DNA from: Macrostomum lignano
Taxonomy: Eukaryota
Reading direction: 5' to 3'
NCBI GenBank assembly: GCA_002269645.1
Contig: NIVC01002903.1
Location: forward strand, 7,040 to 71,039
Length of the DNA stretch: 64,000 nt
Part shown: positions 47,870-61,711 of the stretch, in pieces
Layout of the letters: each line of letters begins with the position of its first letter
Numbering within the stretch: the first letter of the stretch is position 1
The notes under the pieces: generated by a model
Databases searched by the model: none
Seen by the model: only the letters and a program-made list of their open reading frames with translations
Told to the model about the DNA's origin: nothing
Position numbers and translations under genes: made by a program

Positions 47870-48440
47870 CTCGTCTGCCTTCTCTGCCTTCTCATCTGCC
47901 TACTCTGCCTTATCTGCCTACTCTGCCTTCTCATCTGCCTACTCTGACTTTCCATCTGCCTTCTCATCTGCCTTCTCTGCCTTCTCATCTGCCTTCTATC
48001 TGCCTTCTCTGCCTTCTTATCTGCCTTCTCATCTGCCTTCTCATCTGCCTTCTCATCTGCCTTCTCTGCCTTCTCATCTGCCTTCTCATCTGCCTTCTCT
48101 GCCTTCTCATCTGCCTTCTCATCTGCCTTCTCTGCCTTCTCATCTGCCTTCTCATCTGCCTTCTCATCGGCCTTCTCATCTGCCTACTCTGCCTTCTCAT
48201 CTGCCTTCTCATCTGCCTACTCTGCCTTCTCATCTGCCTTCTCTGCCTTCTTCTCTGCCTTCTCATCTGCCTTCTCTGCCTTCTCATCTGCCTTCTCATC
48301 TGCCTTCTCATCTGCCTTCTCATCTGCCTTCTCTGCCTTCTCATCTGCCTTCTCATCTGCCTACTCTGCCTTCTCATCTGCCTTCTCTGCCTTCTTCTCT
48401 GCCTTCTCTGCCTTCTCATCTGCCTTCTCTGCCTTCTCAT
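47870..48440. repeat. 9/12-bp pyrimidine-rich repeat (CTGCCTTCT / CTGCCTTCTCAT)n
   Basis: Direct inspection. Confidence 0.95.
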
Positions 48441-49247
48441 CACATTTTCTGCCGTCTCTCTTCCCCCCAGCTCCCCTCTTTCCCTGCCTTCCCTGCCCAA
48501 TGCTGTTAATAAATTGAAATCCGACTCCTACACTCGCATCCCGCGCGCACTCCTGCATCCACTCACTGCGGTCAGTACTAATGTGTAATAATACATTAGC
48601 CATAAAATCTACTCTATGCTACTGCTGCTAGCGACTCTGTGTGTACATTTCTGCGATCTTTTTCGCGCTAGGCTATTTCTAAACCTACTTTAATACACTA
48701 AAAAAAGATTTGCAAAAACTTGGAGTTATTATCATACGTAATGTCATAAACTATTAAATTAATTATGCTTGTAAGTCTCTTGTGTAGAATCTGTTTTTCT
48801 ACGGGTTTAGTGTGTATTTTGTAGAGTTTGTAAGCGGGACACTTGAGAAAAATTCACTTAGAGTGTATTAAGCGAGTGTGTGTTTTATATTCCTTACTAG
48901 TGACATACATTATAATAATTATATTCACAATAAGCGGTAGCCTCTACTCTAAGTAGCATTATTTGGGCATATGCAAGATTAATTTAAAAGTATTGCTGGG
49001 AAAATTGTTGAAACGGTGGTGGAGCAGTTCACACGGTACGATTCATAGCGAACGGTTTTCTGTACATAAATGCTCAGCGAATGTCGCTTCATCTACTGTT
49101 CTTTTCAATTATTCTTGTCTAAAAAACTAAATAGGGTGAGTGTTGGTGACAGCTCTTGCATAGGCTGCGGTGCGAATGGCAGGCCAGTTCTGCGAAAACA
49201 TCACCTCTTGTAAAGGAATAAACCAATGGAATGCTCGAGTCATGCCT

Positions 49248-50158
49248 TGGGTCAGGGAATGGGATCTGGATTCCATTTGGGTCAGGGAATGGGATCTGGA
49301 TTCGATTTGGGTCAGGGAATGGGATCTAGATTCCATTTGGGTCAGGGAATGGGGATCTAGATTCCATTTGGGTCAGGAAATGAGGATCTAGATTCCATTT
49401 GGGTCAGGGAATGGGATCTGGACTCATTTGGGTCAGGGAATGGGGATCTGGACTCATTTGGTTCAGGGAATGGGGATCTGGACTCAATTGGGTCAGGGAA
49501 TGGGGATCTGGACTCAATTGGTTCAGGGAATGGGGATCTGGACTCAATTGGGTCAGGGAATGGGGGCCTGGACTCAATTGGTTCAGGGAATGGGGATCTG
49601 GACTCAATTGGGTCAGGGAATGGGGATCTGAACTCAATTGGGTCAGGGAATGGGGATCTGGACTCAATTGGTTCAGGGAATGGGGATCTGGACTCAATTG
49701 GGTCAGGGAATGGGGGCCTGGACTCAATTGGTTCAGGGAATGGGGATCTGGACTCAATTGGGTCAGGGAATGGGGATCTGGACTCAATTGGGTCAGGGAA
49801 TGGGGGCCTGGACTCAATTGGTTCAGGGAATGGGGATCTGGACTCAATTGGGTCAGGGAATGGGGATCTGAACTCAATTGGGTCAGGGAATGGGGATCTG
49901 GACTCAATTGGGTCAGGGAATGGGGATCTGGACTCATTTGGGTCAGGGAATGGGGATCTGGACTGAATTGGGTCAGGGAATGGGGACCTGGACTCAATTG
50001 GTTCAGGGAATGGGGATCTGGACTCATTTGGGTCAGGGAATGGGGATCTGGACTCAATTGGGTCAGGGAATAGGGATCTGGACTCCATTGGGTTGGGGAA
50101 TGGGGATCTGGACTCAATTGGGTCAGGGAATGGGGATCTGGACTCATTTGGGTCAGGG
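49248..50158. repeat. 30-bp minisatellite (GGGTCAGGGAATGGGGATCTGGACTCAATT)n
   Basis: Direct inspection. Confidence 0.97.
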
Positions 50159-50639
50159 CAAGCAAACCGTTATTCCGAGCCGCTGCCAGTTGCTAAGACA
50201 AATGTCCGTGATGCAGATTAAAAGTGCAAAGTGCAGGTCATTGTGCCAGGCTAAATCGAGCGTCACCTTTCCGGATGCAGCGAATAGCTAATGAGGTTAT
50301 CGAACAATTGCAACAACTATGCACTATAGAAAATCTATAATGCTGCAGACATCAGCGCAATCTTCGGCGAGCCCACTGCCGTACAGCGGGTGGCAATTAG
50401 GTTATCCTGAGCGGTGAACCCTGGCCAGCATAGTGGAGCCCCGCGTCAACTCATTTTCTGTCGCCTGAAATTGCTTTCTCAAATCAGGTTTGCCGTCTCT
50501 AAGTCCCCCCTGCCGGACTGCATGGGCGCGCCCTCCGATTCCACTTCGCCGAGCGGAATGCGCTAATCTCCTCTAATCCCTTCTGAAAATCACAACTTAA
50601 ATAGCTTGAGAATGAGCATGAGAGATCACTGAGAATCCG

Positions 50640-51055
50640 TTAAAACTGCCAGAGAATCTCCTAAAACTACCTGAGAATCTCCTAAAACTACCTGAGTCCC
50701 CTAAAACTGTCTGAGAATCTCCCTCTCTACAACTACTTGAGAATCTCCCCTAAAACTGTCTGAGAATCTCCCCTAAGACCCACTGAGTAAATTCTTTTAA
50801 AACTACCCTAGTATCTCCCCTAAAACTACCTGAGAATCTCCTAAAACTACCTGAGTCCCCTAAAACTACTTGAGAATCTCCCCTAAAACTGTCTGAGAAT
50901 CTCCCCTAATACTCTCAGAGAATCTCCCCTAAGACCCACTGAGTAAATTCTTTTAAAACTACCCTAGTATCTCCCCTAAAACTACCTGAGAACCTGCCTC
51001 TAGAACTACCTTAGAATCTCCCTTAAAATACTAGAGAATCTCCTCTAAAACTATT
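50640..51055. repeat. Degenerate ~23-bp repeat (AAAACTACCTGAGAATCTCCCCT)
   Basis: Direct inspection. Confidence 0.85.
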
Positions 51056-51170
51056 CGAGATTATTATTTTGACCACTCCGATGAAGAAGAATTTCTAGGA
51101 ACTGACAGCAACTTTATATCACTCGAAGGGTTTGTGAGGATCTCCAATACAGCCTCGATAGGTAGGGCTC

Positions 51171-51420
51171 TCAGCACAGGTAGGGCGAACTGCAGTAGAC
51201 ATTGTCCCCGGCTAGCCTTCTAGAAGCTGCGGCTGCCGCGCCTCGAGAATCGTCCAACCGTCTACTGTCGCTCGTGCCGCTGTCCGGATCGTCAACGTCT
51301 TGGAATGCCGGAGCGGCGGCGGCTCCGGCTGCTGACTGGGGTGGACACCGGCGCATCAGCGGCCGCTCCTGCTGAGATGTCGGCCGCACCAGCGGGAGAG
51401 ACAGCTGGCCTGCTCGGGCT
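51171..51420 (-). CDS. Possible terminal exon of the protocadherin cytoplasmic tail
   Basis: GC-rich open frame GQLSLPLVRP...DDPDSGTSDSRRL...VYCSSPYLC-stop after a C-rich acceptor region, same strand as the protocadherin. Linkage not proven. Confidence 0.35.
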
Positions 51421-51436
51421 GGGGTGGGGCGGCGGC

Positions 51437-52495
51437 TGGGATGAAGGGTCGCGGTCATGGCTGATGAAGGGTCGGTGATGGCTGATGAAGGGTCGGTCAT
51501 GGCTGATGAAGGGTCAGTGATGGATGATGAAGGGTCGGTGATGGCTGATGAAGGGTCGGTCATGGCTGATGAAGGGTCAGTGATGGATGATGAAGGGTCG
51601 GTCATGGCTGATGAAGGGTCGGTCATGGCTGATGAAGGGTCGGTGATGGATGATGAAGGGTCGGTGATGGCTGATGAAGGGTCGGTGATGGCTGATGAAG
51701 GGTCGGTGATGGCTGATGAAGGGTCGGTCATGTCTGATGAAGGGTCGGTCATGGCTGATGAAGGGTCGGTCATGGCTGATGAAGGGTCGGTGATGGCTGA
51801 TGAAGGGTCGGTCATGGCTGATGAAGGGTCAGTGATGGATGATGAAGGGTCGGTCATGGCTGATGAAGGGTCGGTCATGGCTGATGAAGGGTCAGTGATG
51901 GATGATGAAGGGTCGGTGATGGATGATGAGGGGTCAGTGATGGCTGATGAAGGGTCAGTGATGGCTGATGAAGGGTCGGTGATGGCTGATGAAGGGTCAG
52001 TGATGGCTGATGAAGGGTCAGTGATGGCTGATGAAGGGTCAGTGATGGCTGATAAAGGGTTGGTGATGGCTGACGAAGGGTCAGTGATGGATGATGAAGG
52101 GTCGGTGATGGCTGATGAAGGGTCAGTGATGGCTGATGAAGGGTCGGTGATGGATGATGAAGGGTCAGTGATGGCTGATGAAGGGTCGGTGATGGATGAT
52201 GAAGGGTCAGTGATGGCTGATGAAGGGTCGGTGATGGCTGATGAAGGGTCAGTGATGGCTGATGAAGGGTCGGTGATGGCTGATGAAGGGTCAGTGATGG
52301 CTGATGAAGGGTCGGTGATGGATGATGAAGGGTCGGTGATGGATGATGAAGGGTCGGTGATGGCTGATGAAGGGTCAGTGATGGATGATGAAGGGTCGGT
52401 GATGGCTGATGAAGGGTCAGTGATGGCTGATGAAGGGTCGGTGATGGCTGATGAAGGGTCGGTGATGGCTGATGAAGGGTCGGTGATGGCTGAGT
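51437..52495. repeat. 21-bp minisatellite (ATGGCTGATGAAGGGTCGGTG)n
   Basis: Direct inspection; explains the MADEGSV ORF. Confidence 0.97.
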
Positions 52496-53043
52496 AAGCT
52501 ATTGATAGAGTACATGTACATGTAGAGTTACAAGCAGTAATCCATCAGTGGTAAGATAGCAACGGTGGTTAGAAACCCCATATTAGTTATTGTCAAAAAG
52601 CACACACTGACAACAAAACAAGGAAGTCGCTCTGCATGCGAACGGCATTGTCTGGGATACCCCGGCGTTCGCGTACTGTACACTGGCGTGTACACTGATA
52701 CGGTTTGCCTGCACCGTGAAAATGCAACAGCAGGAACAGTTTTCACTGCTGGGAGTGGGCCAGGCCGAACCACTGTGACAGCCGGACAGCTGCCGCCTAT
52801 CTGTCAGAGCTTTGCTGGGGCTGGGGCAATTTTTAACTTGGGGTCAGAATTGATAAGCCATGCGGTTATCCGGCACTGCGCTGATGTGCTTGCAGATTTT
52901 GTTTGCGAATATTGCATCTCGAATTTCTGCGTGCCGAATCGCGTCCGGAATCTCAGCCAGAATTTTGTGAATAATGCGATTGGATCTTTCAAATTTTATT
53001 CTTTAGTTGGCTTAGCCATTGCTGTGGTGCGGTTGGGATCACT

Positions 53044-54045
53044 TAGGTCTCTCATGGTTCAGTCAGGGTCTCTCATGGCTCAGTCAGGGTCTCTCATGGC
53101 TCAGTCAGGTCTCTCATGGCTCAGTCAGGGTCTCTCATGGCTCAGTCAGGTCTCTCATGGCTCAGTCAGGGTCTCTCATGGCTCAGTCAGGTCTTTCATG
53201 GCTCAGTCAGGGTCTCTCATGGCTCAGTCAGGTCTCTCATGGCTCAGTCAGGTCTCTCATGGCTCAGTCAGGTCTCTCATGGCTCAGTCAGGGTCTCTCA
53301 TGGCTCAGTCAGGTCTCTCATGGTTCAGTCAGGTCTCTCGGGGTTCAGTCAAGTCTCTCATGGCTCAGTCAGGGTCTCTCATGGCTCAGTAAGGTCTCTC
53401 ATGGTTCAGTCAGGGTCTCTCATGGCTCAGTAAGGTCTCTCATGGTTCAGTCAGGGTCTCTCATGGCTCAGTCAGGGTCTCTCATGGCTCAGTCAGGGTC
53501 TCTCATGGCTCAGTCAGGTCTCTCATGGCTCAGTCAGGTCTCTCATGGTTCAGTCAGGGTCTCTCACGGCTCAGTCAGGTCTCTCATGACTGAGTAAGGG
53601 TCTCTCAAGGCTCAGTCAGGTCTCTCATGGCTCAGTCAGGTCTCTCATGGCTCAGTCAGGTCTCTCATGGCTCAGTCAGGTCTCTCATGGTTCAGTCAGG
53701 GTCTTTCATGGCTCAGTCAGGTCTCTCATGGTTCAGTCAGGGTCTCTCATGGTTCAGTCAGGTCTCTCATGGCTCAGTCAGGTCTCTCATGGTTCAGTCA
53801 GGGTCTCTCACGGCTCAGTCAGGTCTCTCATGACTCAGTAAGGGTCTCTCAAGGCTCAGTCAGGTCTCTCATGGCTCAGTCAGGTCTCTCATGACTCAGT
53901 AAGGGTCTCTCAAGGCTCAGTCAGGTCTCTCATGGCTCAGTCAGGTCTCTCATGGCTCAGTCAGGTCTCCCATGGTTCAGTCAGGTCTCTCGGGGTTCAG
54001 TCAGGGTCCCTTATGACTCACTAAGTAGGTCTCTCATGACTCACT
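53044..54045. repeat. 20/21-bp minisatellite (GGTCTCTCATGGCTCAGTCA)n
   Basis: Direct inspection. Confidence 0.97.
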
Positions 54046-54772
54046 AAGGTTCACTCAGGTCTTCTAATAAACTAATTAACTAAATAACTTTTGAATTTTT
54101 TCAATCCTCGCGCATCATTGTATTTTACGAGTGCGCACTGCAATTTGAAAAGTCAAGCGAGAGAAACGAACCCTGGTCAGAAATAGCAGAATTGTTTCCG
54201 CAGGAGGTCCAGGGATTAGGCGGGCTAATTGATACCCGCGATACTAATGTATCTTTATGGCCTCCACCACCGAGTGTTAGAGATGTGGGAGGAGATCGCA
54301 GAAATCTGGCGACCTTCCTCCCGTGTTTCTTCAGCCGGGGGCCAGCAAAACTGCATTGCTGGCAGTTCATAAAATTCCTGCGCTGCCGGTGGCTCAGCTC
54401 CGCTGGTTTCCCGTCTGGCTTTTTCTTTCTTTCGAATTTCTTTGGCCCACCGGGGCATTGCTGGGGATGTTGAGTGGCTCGCAGGCTGGAGTCCCGTCGG
54501 GGCTGGCCATTAGACTGCGTTAAAAATTTAACGGATTAATGGATTGCGAATTTAGGGGATCGGAGTGGACCCGCAGCGGCTTCTGCTGCGCGAGGCTCTG
54601 CCGCATGTGCACACGCGTGTGATGCTGTGTAGCGATAGCCTCATCTCCGGGGTGATGCAGAATCCTTGTGAAGCATGTGGAACAAACATTACCTTCTGTG
54701 TGATACAACCCCACCTGGGTGAAACAATCATACTTACAGGGAGACAGCTAGACCGGCCCTTCTCAATCTCGT

Positions 54773-55153
54773 TTGACACAATCTCACACTCCGAGTGACA
54801 CAATCTCAACTTCCGAGTGACACAATCTCAACTTCCGAGTGACACAATCTCACACTCCGAGTGACACAATCTCAACTTCTGAGTGACACAATCTCAACTT
54901 CCGAGTGACACAATCTCAACTTCCGAGTGACACAATCTCAACTTCCGGGTGACACAATCTCACCTTCCGAGTGACACAATCTCAACTTCCGAGTGACACA
55001 ATCTCAACTTCCGAGTGACACAATCTCAACTTCCGGGTGACACAATCTCACCTTCCGAGTGACACAATCTCAACTTCCGAGTGACACAATCTCACACTCC
55101 GAGTGACACGATCTCACACTCCGAGTGACACGATCTCACACTTCCGAGTGACA
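54773..55153. repeat. 22-bp minisatellite (GAGTGACACAATCTCAACTTCC)n
   Basis: Direct inspection. Confidence 0.96.
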
Positions 55154-55764
55154 CAAGACACACAATTCCTACAGTTCTTCCCCATTGCAGCTCCCTTATT
55201 GCTCACATTTGGGCCACTATGCCTGCTGATACAAAAAGTAAAGTTTATGTTGGTATCGTTTGTAATAATCTGTACTGAATTTTCGACTCTTAATGATTTC
55301 TCCTGGTTATAACCCCAGCATTATAGCTCGTGATCTTGTTGATATTGCCAAACATTCAGTGGTTACTGCAGCTAGCGCCGCACTCAAGTAATTTCTCTCC
55401 TATCCGCCCACAACCGTTGCGAATTCCGCAGCTCCCCCTGGCGCACTGATTGGGAATCGCTGCAGATTGCCCCCTCCCGCCCCAGGCTACATGGCAGCTG
55501 TTGAATGCAGCCTGGGCAGGTCAGTCAGTGGGGACAGGCGACACACAAAAGCTGAGGGAAGACGCCGCGCACCACCTTTGGACTAATGAGCTCCCTCGCC
55601 TGCCCGGCTGTTGGGTAGTTGGGCTGTGAGACTGAGAGCTCAAGGGGAAGTGCAAGCGGCTATAGCTGTTAAGACTCGAGTCTGCTCCCTGCTGCGCATT
55701 GGAAAGATGTTTGCAGGGATTTTACTTTGGGGAATAGAGGTTTCCAGTACTTAGAAATTGCTGA

Positions 55765-56285
55765 TGGGCAGTGAATGGAGATTGATGGAGAATAATGGGA
55801 GAGTAGCCTGTGAATTCGTGGTGAAAGAATGGTGAATGGGTAGTGAAGGGATGGTGAATGGACAGTGAAGGGACGGTGAATGGATAGTGAAGGGATGGTG
55901 AATGGACAGTGAAGGGATCGTGAATGGACAGTGAAGGGATGGTGAATGGATAGTGAAGGAATGGTGAATGGATAGTGAAGGGATGGTGAATGGATAGTGA
56001 AGGGATGGTGAATGGATAGTGAAGGGATGGTGAATGGGCAGTGAAGGGATAGTGAATGGATCGTGAAGGGACGGTGAATGAATTGTGAAGGGATGGTTAA
56101 TGGATGATGGTGAATGGCAGTGAAGGGATTATGAATGACAGTGCAAGGATGGTGAATGGATAGTGAAGGGATGGTGAATGGACATTGAAGGGATGGTGAA
56201 TGGATAGTGCAGGGACGGTGAATATATAATGAAGGGACGGTGAATGTATAGTGAAGGGATGGTGAATGGCAGTGAATGGATAGTG
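55765..56285. repeat. Degenerate 22-bp minisatellite (GTGAAGGGATGGTGAATGGATA)n
   Basis: Direct inspection. Confidence 0.9.
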
Positions 56286-57231
56286 AGTTGATAGAAAAAA
56301 TATGACACATTAAGTGTGAACACACAATGCGCTAACAGGGAACTCAGTGAGGCGGTATCAACTGAAGGTTGATTGGCCCATAAATCCAGAAACCTGGAGG
56401 CCGGTGGTTAACCAGGCGCACAGACCTCAGGCCTCAATTCATTGCAGCCTCAGGCTTGTAGGCCTCACAAAGCCAGAGATAATTGGCAGTGGAGGGAGGC
56501 TGAAAATACCTGCCTATCCTTGGCTGCTCCGACCCCCCCCCCCCAGAGATTCGCGGAAAAGATTCAGCCGAAACAAATGAGTGCGAGGTGCAAACTTCGG
56601 GCGCAGGAAACAAATGGTTCAATAAAGATGAAGCAGCACTGATACCCGGCCTGTCCCCGCGCCCAGTCTCCCAGATGCTGCGAAGATTAACTGTGTAGAG
56701 GCCGGCACTGCTGCGTGCGGCCCCCAGCCTCCCCGGGTCCTCTACGGGTTTTTAAATCCCCAAAATGGGACGCGCGATGCCTCCTGCTTGACACTGATTT
56801 ATGAAAAGTAGCCGCCGGAGTCGGTGGTTGAAAAGTAACACTTCCGTGTAGGCTGTGGAAGCTGTGCGAAAGCCCGGGGATCCCCGGGATCTGAGCTTTC
56901 AATCAAGTTCGGTTCGTTCAGCCAATCCTTTGTTGTCTCTCCTCTCTTTCGCTGTTTTGCAAACAAACTGCACGCAGGCCAACTCTGCTGCCCCTTCAGG
57001 ACTTTTGCACTTTCTGGCCCTGCCTTCCCGCAGATTTCACCGCTTGATTTCTGAAGTTTCCTACAGTTTTCTGCAATCTGTTAAAAGATCATCGGGTTCT
57101 GTGTACTTCTAATGATTGAACAGGGGGTTCCCGGATGCTTTAGGTTTAAGTGCTCCCGGGAACAGAGTGTGGCAATGTTTATTGCCCTCGAGATCTCTTT
57201 GCTGTGGTCTCTCAAGTCTCATGGATCTCTC

Positions 57232-58770
57232 TCTGTGATCTCCCTGTTGTCACTGATCTCCCTGTTGTCACTGATCTCCCTGTTGTCACTGATCTCCCTG
57301 TTGTCACTGATCTCCCTGTTGTCACTGATCTCCCTGTTGTCACTGATCTCCCTGTTGTCACTGATCTCCCTGTTGTCACTGATCTCCCTGTTGTCTGTGT
57401 GATCTCCCTGTTGTCACTGTGATCTTCCTGTTGTCTGTGTGATCTTCCTGTTGTCACTGTGATCTCCCTGTTGTCACTGATCTCCCTGTTGTCACTGATC
57501 TCCCTGTTGTCACTGTGATCTCCCTGTTGTCACTGATCTCCCTGTTGTCACTGATCTCCCTGTTGTCACTGATCTCCCTGTTGTCTGTGTGATCTTCCTG
57601 TTGTCACTGTGATCTCCCTGTTGTCACTGATCTCCCTGTTGTCACTGATCTCCCTGTTGTCACTGATCTCCCTGTTGTCTGTGTGATCTTCCTGTTGTCA
57701 CTGTGATCTTCCTGTTGTCTGTGTGATCTTCCTGTTGTCACTGTGATCTCCCTGTTGTCACTGATCTCCCTGTTGTCACTGATCTCCCTGTTGTCTCTGT
57801 GATCTTCCTGTTGTCTGTGTGATCTCCCTGTTGTCACTGATCTCCCTGTTGTCTGTGTGATCTTCCTGTTGTCACTGATCTCCCTGTTGTCACTGATCTC
57901 CCTGTTGTCACTGATCTCCCTGTTGTCACTGTGATCTCCCTGTTGTCACTGATCTCCCTGTTGTCACTGATCTCCCTGTTGTCTCCGTGATCTCCCTGTT
58001 GTCACTGTGATCTCCCTGTTGTCACTGATCTCCCTGTTGTCTGTGTGATCTTCCTGTTGTCACTGATCTCCCTGTTGTCTGTGTGATCTTCCTGTTGTCA
58101 CTGTGATCTCCCTGTTGTCACTGATCTCCCTGTTGTCTGTGTGATCTTCCTGTTGTCACTGATCTCCCTGTTGTCTGTGTGATCTTCCTGTTGTCACTGA
58201 TCTCCCTGTTGTCACTGATCTCCCTGTTGTCTGTGTGATCTCCCTGTTGTCACTGATCTCCCTGTTGTCTGTGTGATCTTCCTGTTGTCACTGATCTCCC
58301 TGTTGTCACTGATCTCCCTGTTGTCACTGATCTCCCTGTTGTCACTGATCTCCCTGTTGTCACTGATCTCCCTGTTGTCACTGATCTCCCTGTTGTCACT
58401 GATCTCCCTGTTGTCACTGATCTCCCTGTTGTCACTGATCTCCCTGTTGTCACTGATCTCCCTGTTGTCACTGATCTCCCTGTTGTCTGTGTGATCTTCC
58501 TGTTGTCACTGATCTCCCTGTTGTCACTGATCTCCCTGTTGTCACTGATCTCCCTGTTGTCACTGATCTTCCTGTTGTCACTGATCTCCCTGTTGTCTGT
58601 GTGATCTCCCTGTTGTCTGTGTGATCTCCCTGTTGTCTGTGTGATCTCCCTGTTGTCACTGATCTTCCTGTTGTCACTGTGATCTCCCTGTTGTCTCCGT
58701 GATCTCCCTGTTGTCACTGTGATCTCCCTGTTGTCACTGTGATCTCCCTGTTGTCACTGTGATCTCCCTG
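57232..58770. repeat. 18/20-bp minisatellite (CTGATCTCCCTGTTGTCA)n
   Basis: Direct inspection. Confidence 0.97.
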
Positions 58771-58811
58771 TTCTACTCGCACTCCTGCACCGCATCCGCA
58801 CTCGAACTCAC

Positions 58812-59355
58812 CGCGCTTTGCCCTACCGCCGCCGCAGGCTGCACCGCCCATCATCGCCGCATCATCGCCAATGGACGCCATCGCCGAATGCCGACCAGAC
58901 GCCCTCAACCGGCGCCGCCGCCGACGCACTAGCAGGTAGGCGAGCGCCGCCGCAGTCAGCAGCATCAGCGAGGCTGTCAGTCCGGCCAGGAGGCCCAGCA
59001 CAGCGCTGCCAGCGCTCCCGCCAGTGCCGTCGTTGAAGCCGAAGCCGCCTCCGCCAGCGGCCGACTGCAGCGGCGGCGCCAGGATCGGCGGCAAACCGCC
59101 GGACAGCCGGGACTTTGGCGGCTCGTCCAGCACCAGTAGGCCGATCTGGACGGTGGCGTTGAAGCGCTCAGGCAGGCCGCAGTCGAAGGCGGCAAGTCGC
59201 AGTCGGTGCCAGCCGAGGTCCGCGGGCATCTCAGCCTTCCTGGCCAGTCTCAGGCGGCCCGAATGCCGCTCTAGTTCGAACAGCGGCTTTTTCATGGACG
59301 GTGATTCCTTGCTTCTTGTAGCAGAAGATGCTGTAGAGTCTAGCGGTATGTTCAC
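58812..59355 (-). CDS. Protocadherin exon: EC7, transmembrane helix and juxtamembrane region
   Basis: CAATCAG|GTG acceptor. RLRLAAFDCGLP, TM AVLGLLAGLTASLMLLTAAALAYLLV followed by RRRRRR stop-transfer. G|GTGAGT donor at 58812. Confidence 0.9.
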
Positions 59356-59514
59356 CTGATTGAGCAGTTTGTACTCAACTCTGCCATTCTCCCCCTCATC
59401 CGGGTCCTGCGCAGCAGCCTGACAATAAAAAAATGTTAAGGAAAAGTATTGTTGGTTTGTTCATATTCTGGCGTACGAAATTCAAACTGAAAAAATAAAA
59501 ATAGGGGTGGGCGA

Positions 59515-60087
59515 GGGTCAACAAAACATGCCAGGCTGGGCCTATGCCAACCCCCTGGCAGTAAGGGGTTAGGAAAACTGGGGGGTGGGGCGATGGTCAA
59601 CCAACCACTCCAGGCTAGACCTACGCCAACCCCCCCCCCGGCAGTAGGGGGTAAGGAAAACTGGGGGGCGATGGTCAACCAACCACTCCAGGCTGGACCT
59701 ACGCCAACCCCCCCCCCCCGGCAGTAGGGGGTAAGGAAAACTGGGGGGGGGTGATGGTCAACCAACCACTCCAGGCTGGACCTACGCCAACCCCCCCCCC
59801 CGGCAGTAGGGGGTAAGGAAAACTGGGGGTGGGGCGATGGTCAACCAACCACTCCAGGCTGGACCTACGCCAACCCCCCCCGGCAGTAGGAGGTAAGGAA
59901 CTGGGGGGTGGGGCGATGGTCAACCAACCACTCCAGGCTGGACCTACGCCAAGCCCCCCCGGCAGTAGGGGGTAAGGAAAACTGGGGGGTGGGGCGATGG
60001 TCAACCAACCACACCAGGCTCGGCCTACGCCAACCACCCGGCAGTAGGGGGTAAGGAAAACTGGGGGGTAGGGCGATGGTCAACCAA
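59515..60087. repeat. ~80-bp tandem repeat with G- and C-runs, about 7 copies
   Basis: GGCAGTA(G/A)GG recurs at about 59559, 59641, 59721, 59802, 59882, 59961 and 60040. Confidence 0.92.
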
Positions 60088-60343
60088 ACACGCAAAGTGC
60101 ACTTTTAGCAATGTACAATAGGGTGGAGACGATAAAGAGTGCATTAGATAAAGAAAACTGGGGGTTCGGGAATCAGCGCGAAAAGTAGGGGTGTAGGGCT
60201 GCTCCAATCTTTAAACAGATTAAAAATTGCAGTAGAAATTAATTGCCTTCGAAGTAGCCAGATATGCAGGATAATTTGCAGATAAGGCTTAATTTAGATC
60301 AGCCTCCGGTACTCAGAGGTGCATGGTACTCTATGTAACTCAC

Positions 60344-61635
60344 CTGCAGCACCAGGTGATCCTCGGGCTCGTGCACCGAGACAGTGTAGTTGGCCTCAGC
60401 AAAGGGGAACAGAAATCTGGGCGGGCAGTCATTTCTGTCCAGTATCTGGACGGTGACGCTGGCCGTGGATGTCAGACTGGGGTTGCCGTGGTCCCTGGCG
60501 AACAGCGGAAACACGAAGCTCGACCGCTGCTCTCGGTCGAAGCGCCGCTGGGTGACGATGGCGCCAGACTCGTGCACCAGGAAGGCGCCCGGCTCTCCGC
60601 CGAAGAAAGTCACCCGGCCGCCGTCGCCGCTGTCCGGATCGGCGCACCGGACAGGCCCAAGTTCGAGTCCGGGCGGCTCGTTCTCCTCCAACGAGAAGTC
60701 CAGCCGGCTCGGCAGCTGTGGCGCAACGTCGTTGACGTCGAGAATCTCCACGTTGACGGTGGCCGTGGCGGCCAGGGACACGGGGCGACCGCAGTCCTCG
60801 GCCAGGATGCGCAGAGTGACGGAGGCGCGGCTCTCGCGGTCCAGCCGGCCAGCTACCCGGACGGCTCCGGTGACGGCATCCACGGCGAACAGCCGGTCCT
60901 CGGCGTCGGACAGGAGCGGCAGCAGCCGGTAGACGACCCGCCCGTTCTCCCAGCGTCCGCGTCCGTCGCCGTCACATTGGCGACAATGCGGCCGCGGGGA
61001 CTGTCCTCCGGCGTCGAGACGAACAGCTCGTGGGCGACCAGCACCGGCGGGTTGTCGTTGTCGTCCTCTACGGAGACGAGCAGCGGCAGGCGGGTCGCCA
61101 GGCCGCCACCATCGGTGCAGACGACCACCAAGGGGTGGACAGCGCTGAGCTCGCGGTCGAGCCTGGCCAGAGTGAGGATCTGGTAGATGCCCAGCTGCTG
61201 GTCGAACTCGTGCACCTCAAACAGGTGCGACGGCTGCCGGTGCGCCGGGTTAAGTCCACAGCGGACGGTGCCATTGGCTCCGAGGTCCGGATCCTTGGCC
61301 GTGAAGGAAGCCACCACGGTGTGCGGCGGCCGGTTCTCTGCGACGCCCACGGGCCCGCCGGAGCCGGTCAGCTGCACGCTGGGCGCGTTGTCGTTAACGT
61401 CCAGCACGAGGAGTCGCAGCGAAGCGACACCGGTTTTTGGCGGCCGGCCGCCGTCAACGGCGCGGAGTTGTGCACGCAGCTCCGGCGTCGATTCTCGGTC
61501 GAGAGGCCGCTCCAGCCGCAGTCGGCCGCTGTCAGAGTCGACGCTAATCAGGCGGCGAACTGCGGCCAGCGTGTCCGGCGCGAGCTGGTAGCTCACGCGG
61601 CCGTTTGCTCCATCGTCAGCGTCGTGGGCTCGAAC
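60344..61635 (-). CDS. Protocadherin exon: EC3 (part) to start of EC7, one 1-bp frameshift at about 60950
   Basis: AHDADDGANG, LDRE, DVNDNAP, AKDPDLGANG, DDNDNPP, FDRE, DRNDCPP motifs. Acceptor at 61636/61635, CAG|GTGAGT donor at 60344. Confidence 0.92.
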
Positions 61636-61711
61636 CTTGTGAACGGCGATGAGTGATGTGTTGACACTTGATTCTTAAATGACCATTGAGATCATGAGAG
61701 AAACCCCTTGT

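Noticed and set aside
52830-52995. Minus-strand frame KILAEIPDAIRHAEIRDAIFANKICKHISAVPDNRMAYQF, and the unique part of the + ORF 52565-53392
   Set aside because: Short, no convincing splice signals and no recognisable motif; cannot be assigned.
54255-57100. Several minus-strand open segments (54255-54458, 54520-54714, 56687-56870) as protocadherin tail exons
   Set aside because: Plausible, but I could not build a phase-consistent chain from the phase-1 donor at 58812, and no CM1/CM2 motif was found.
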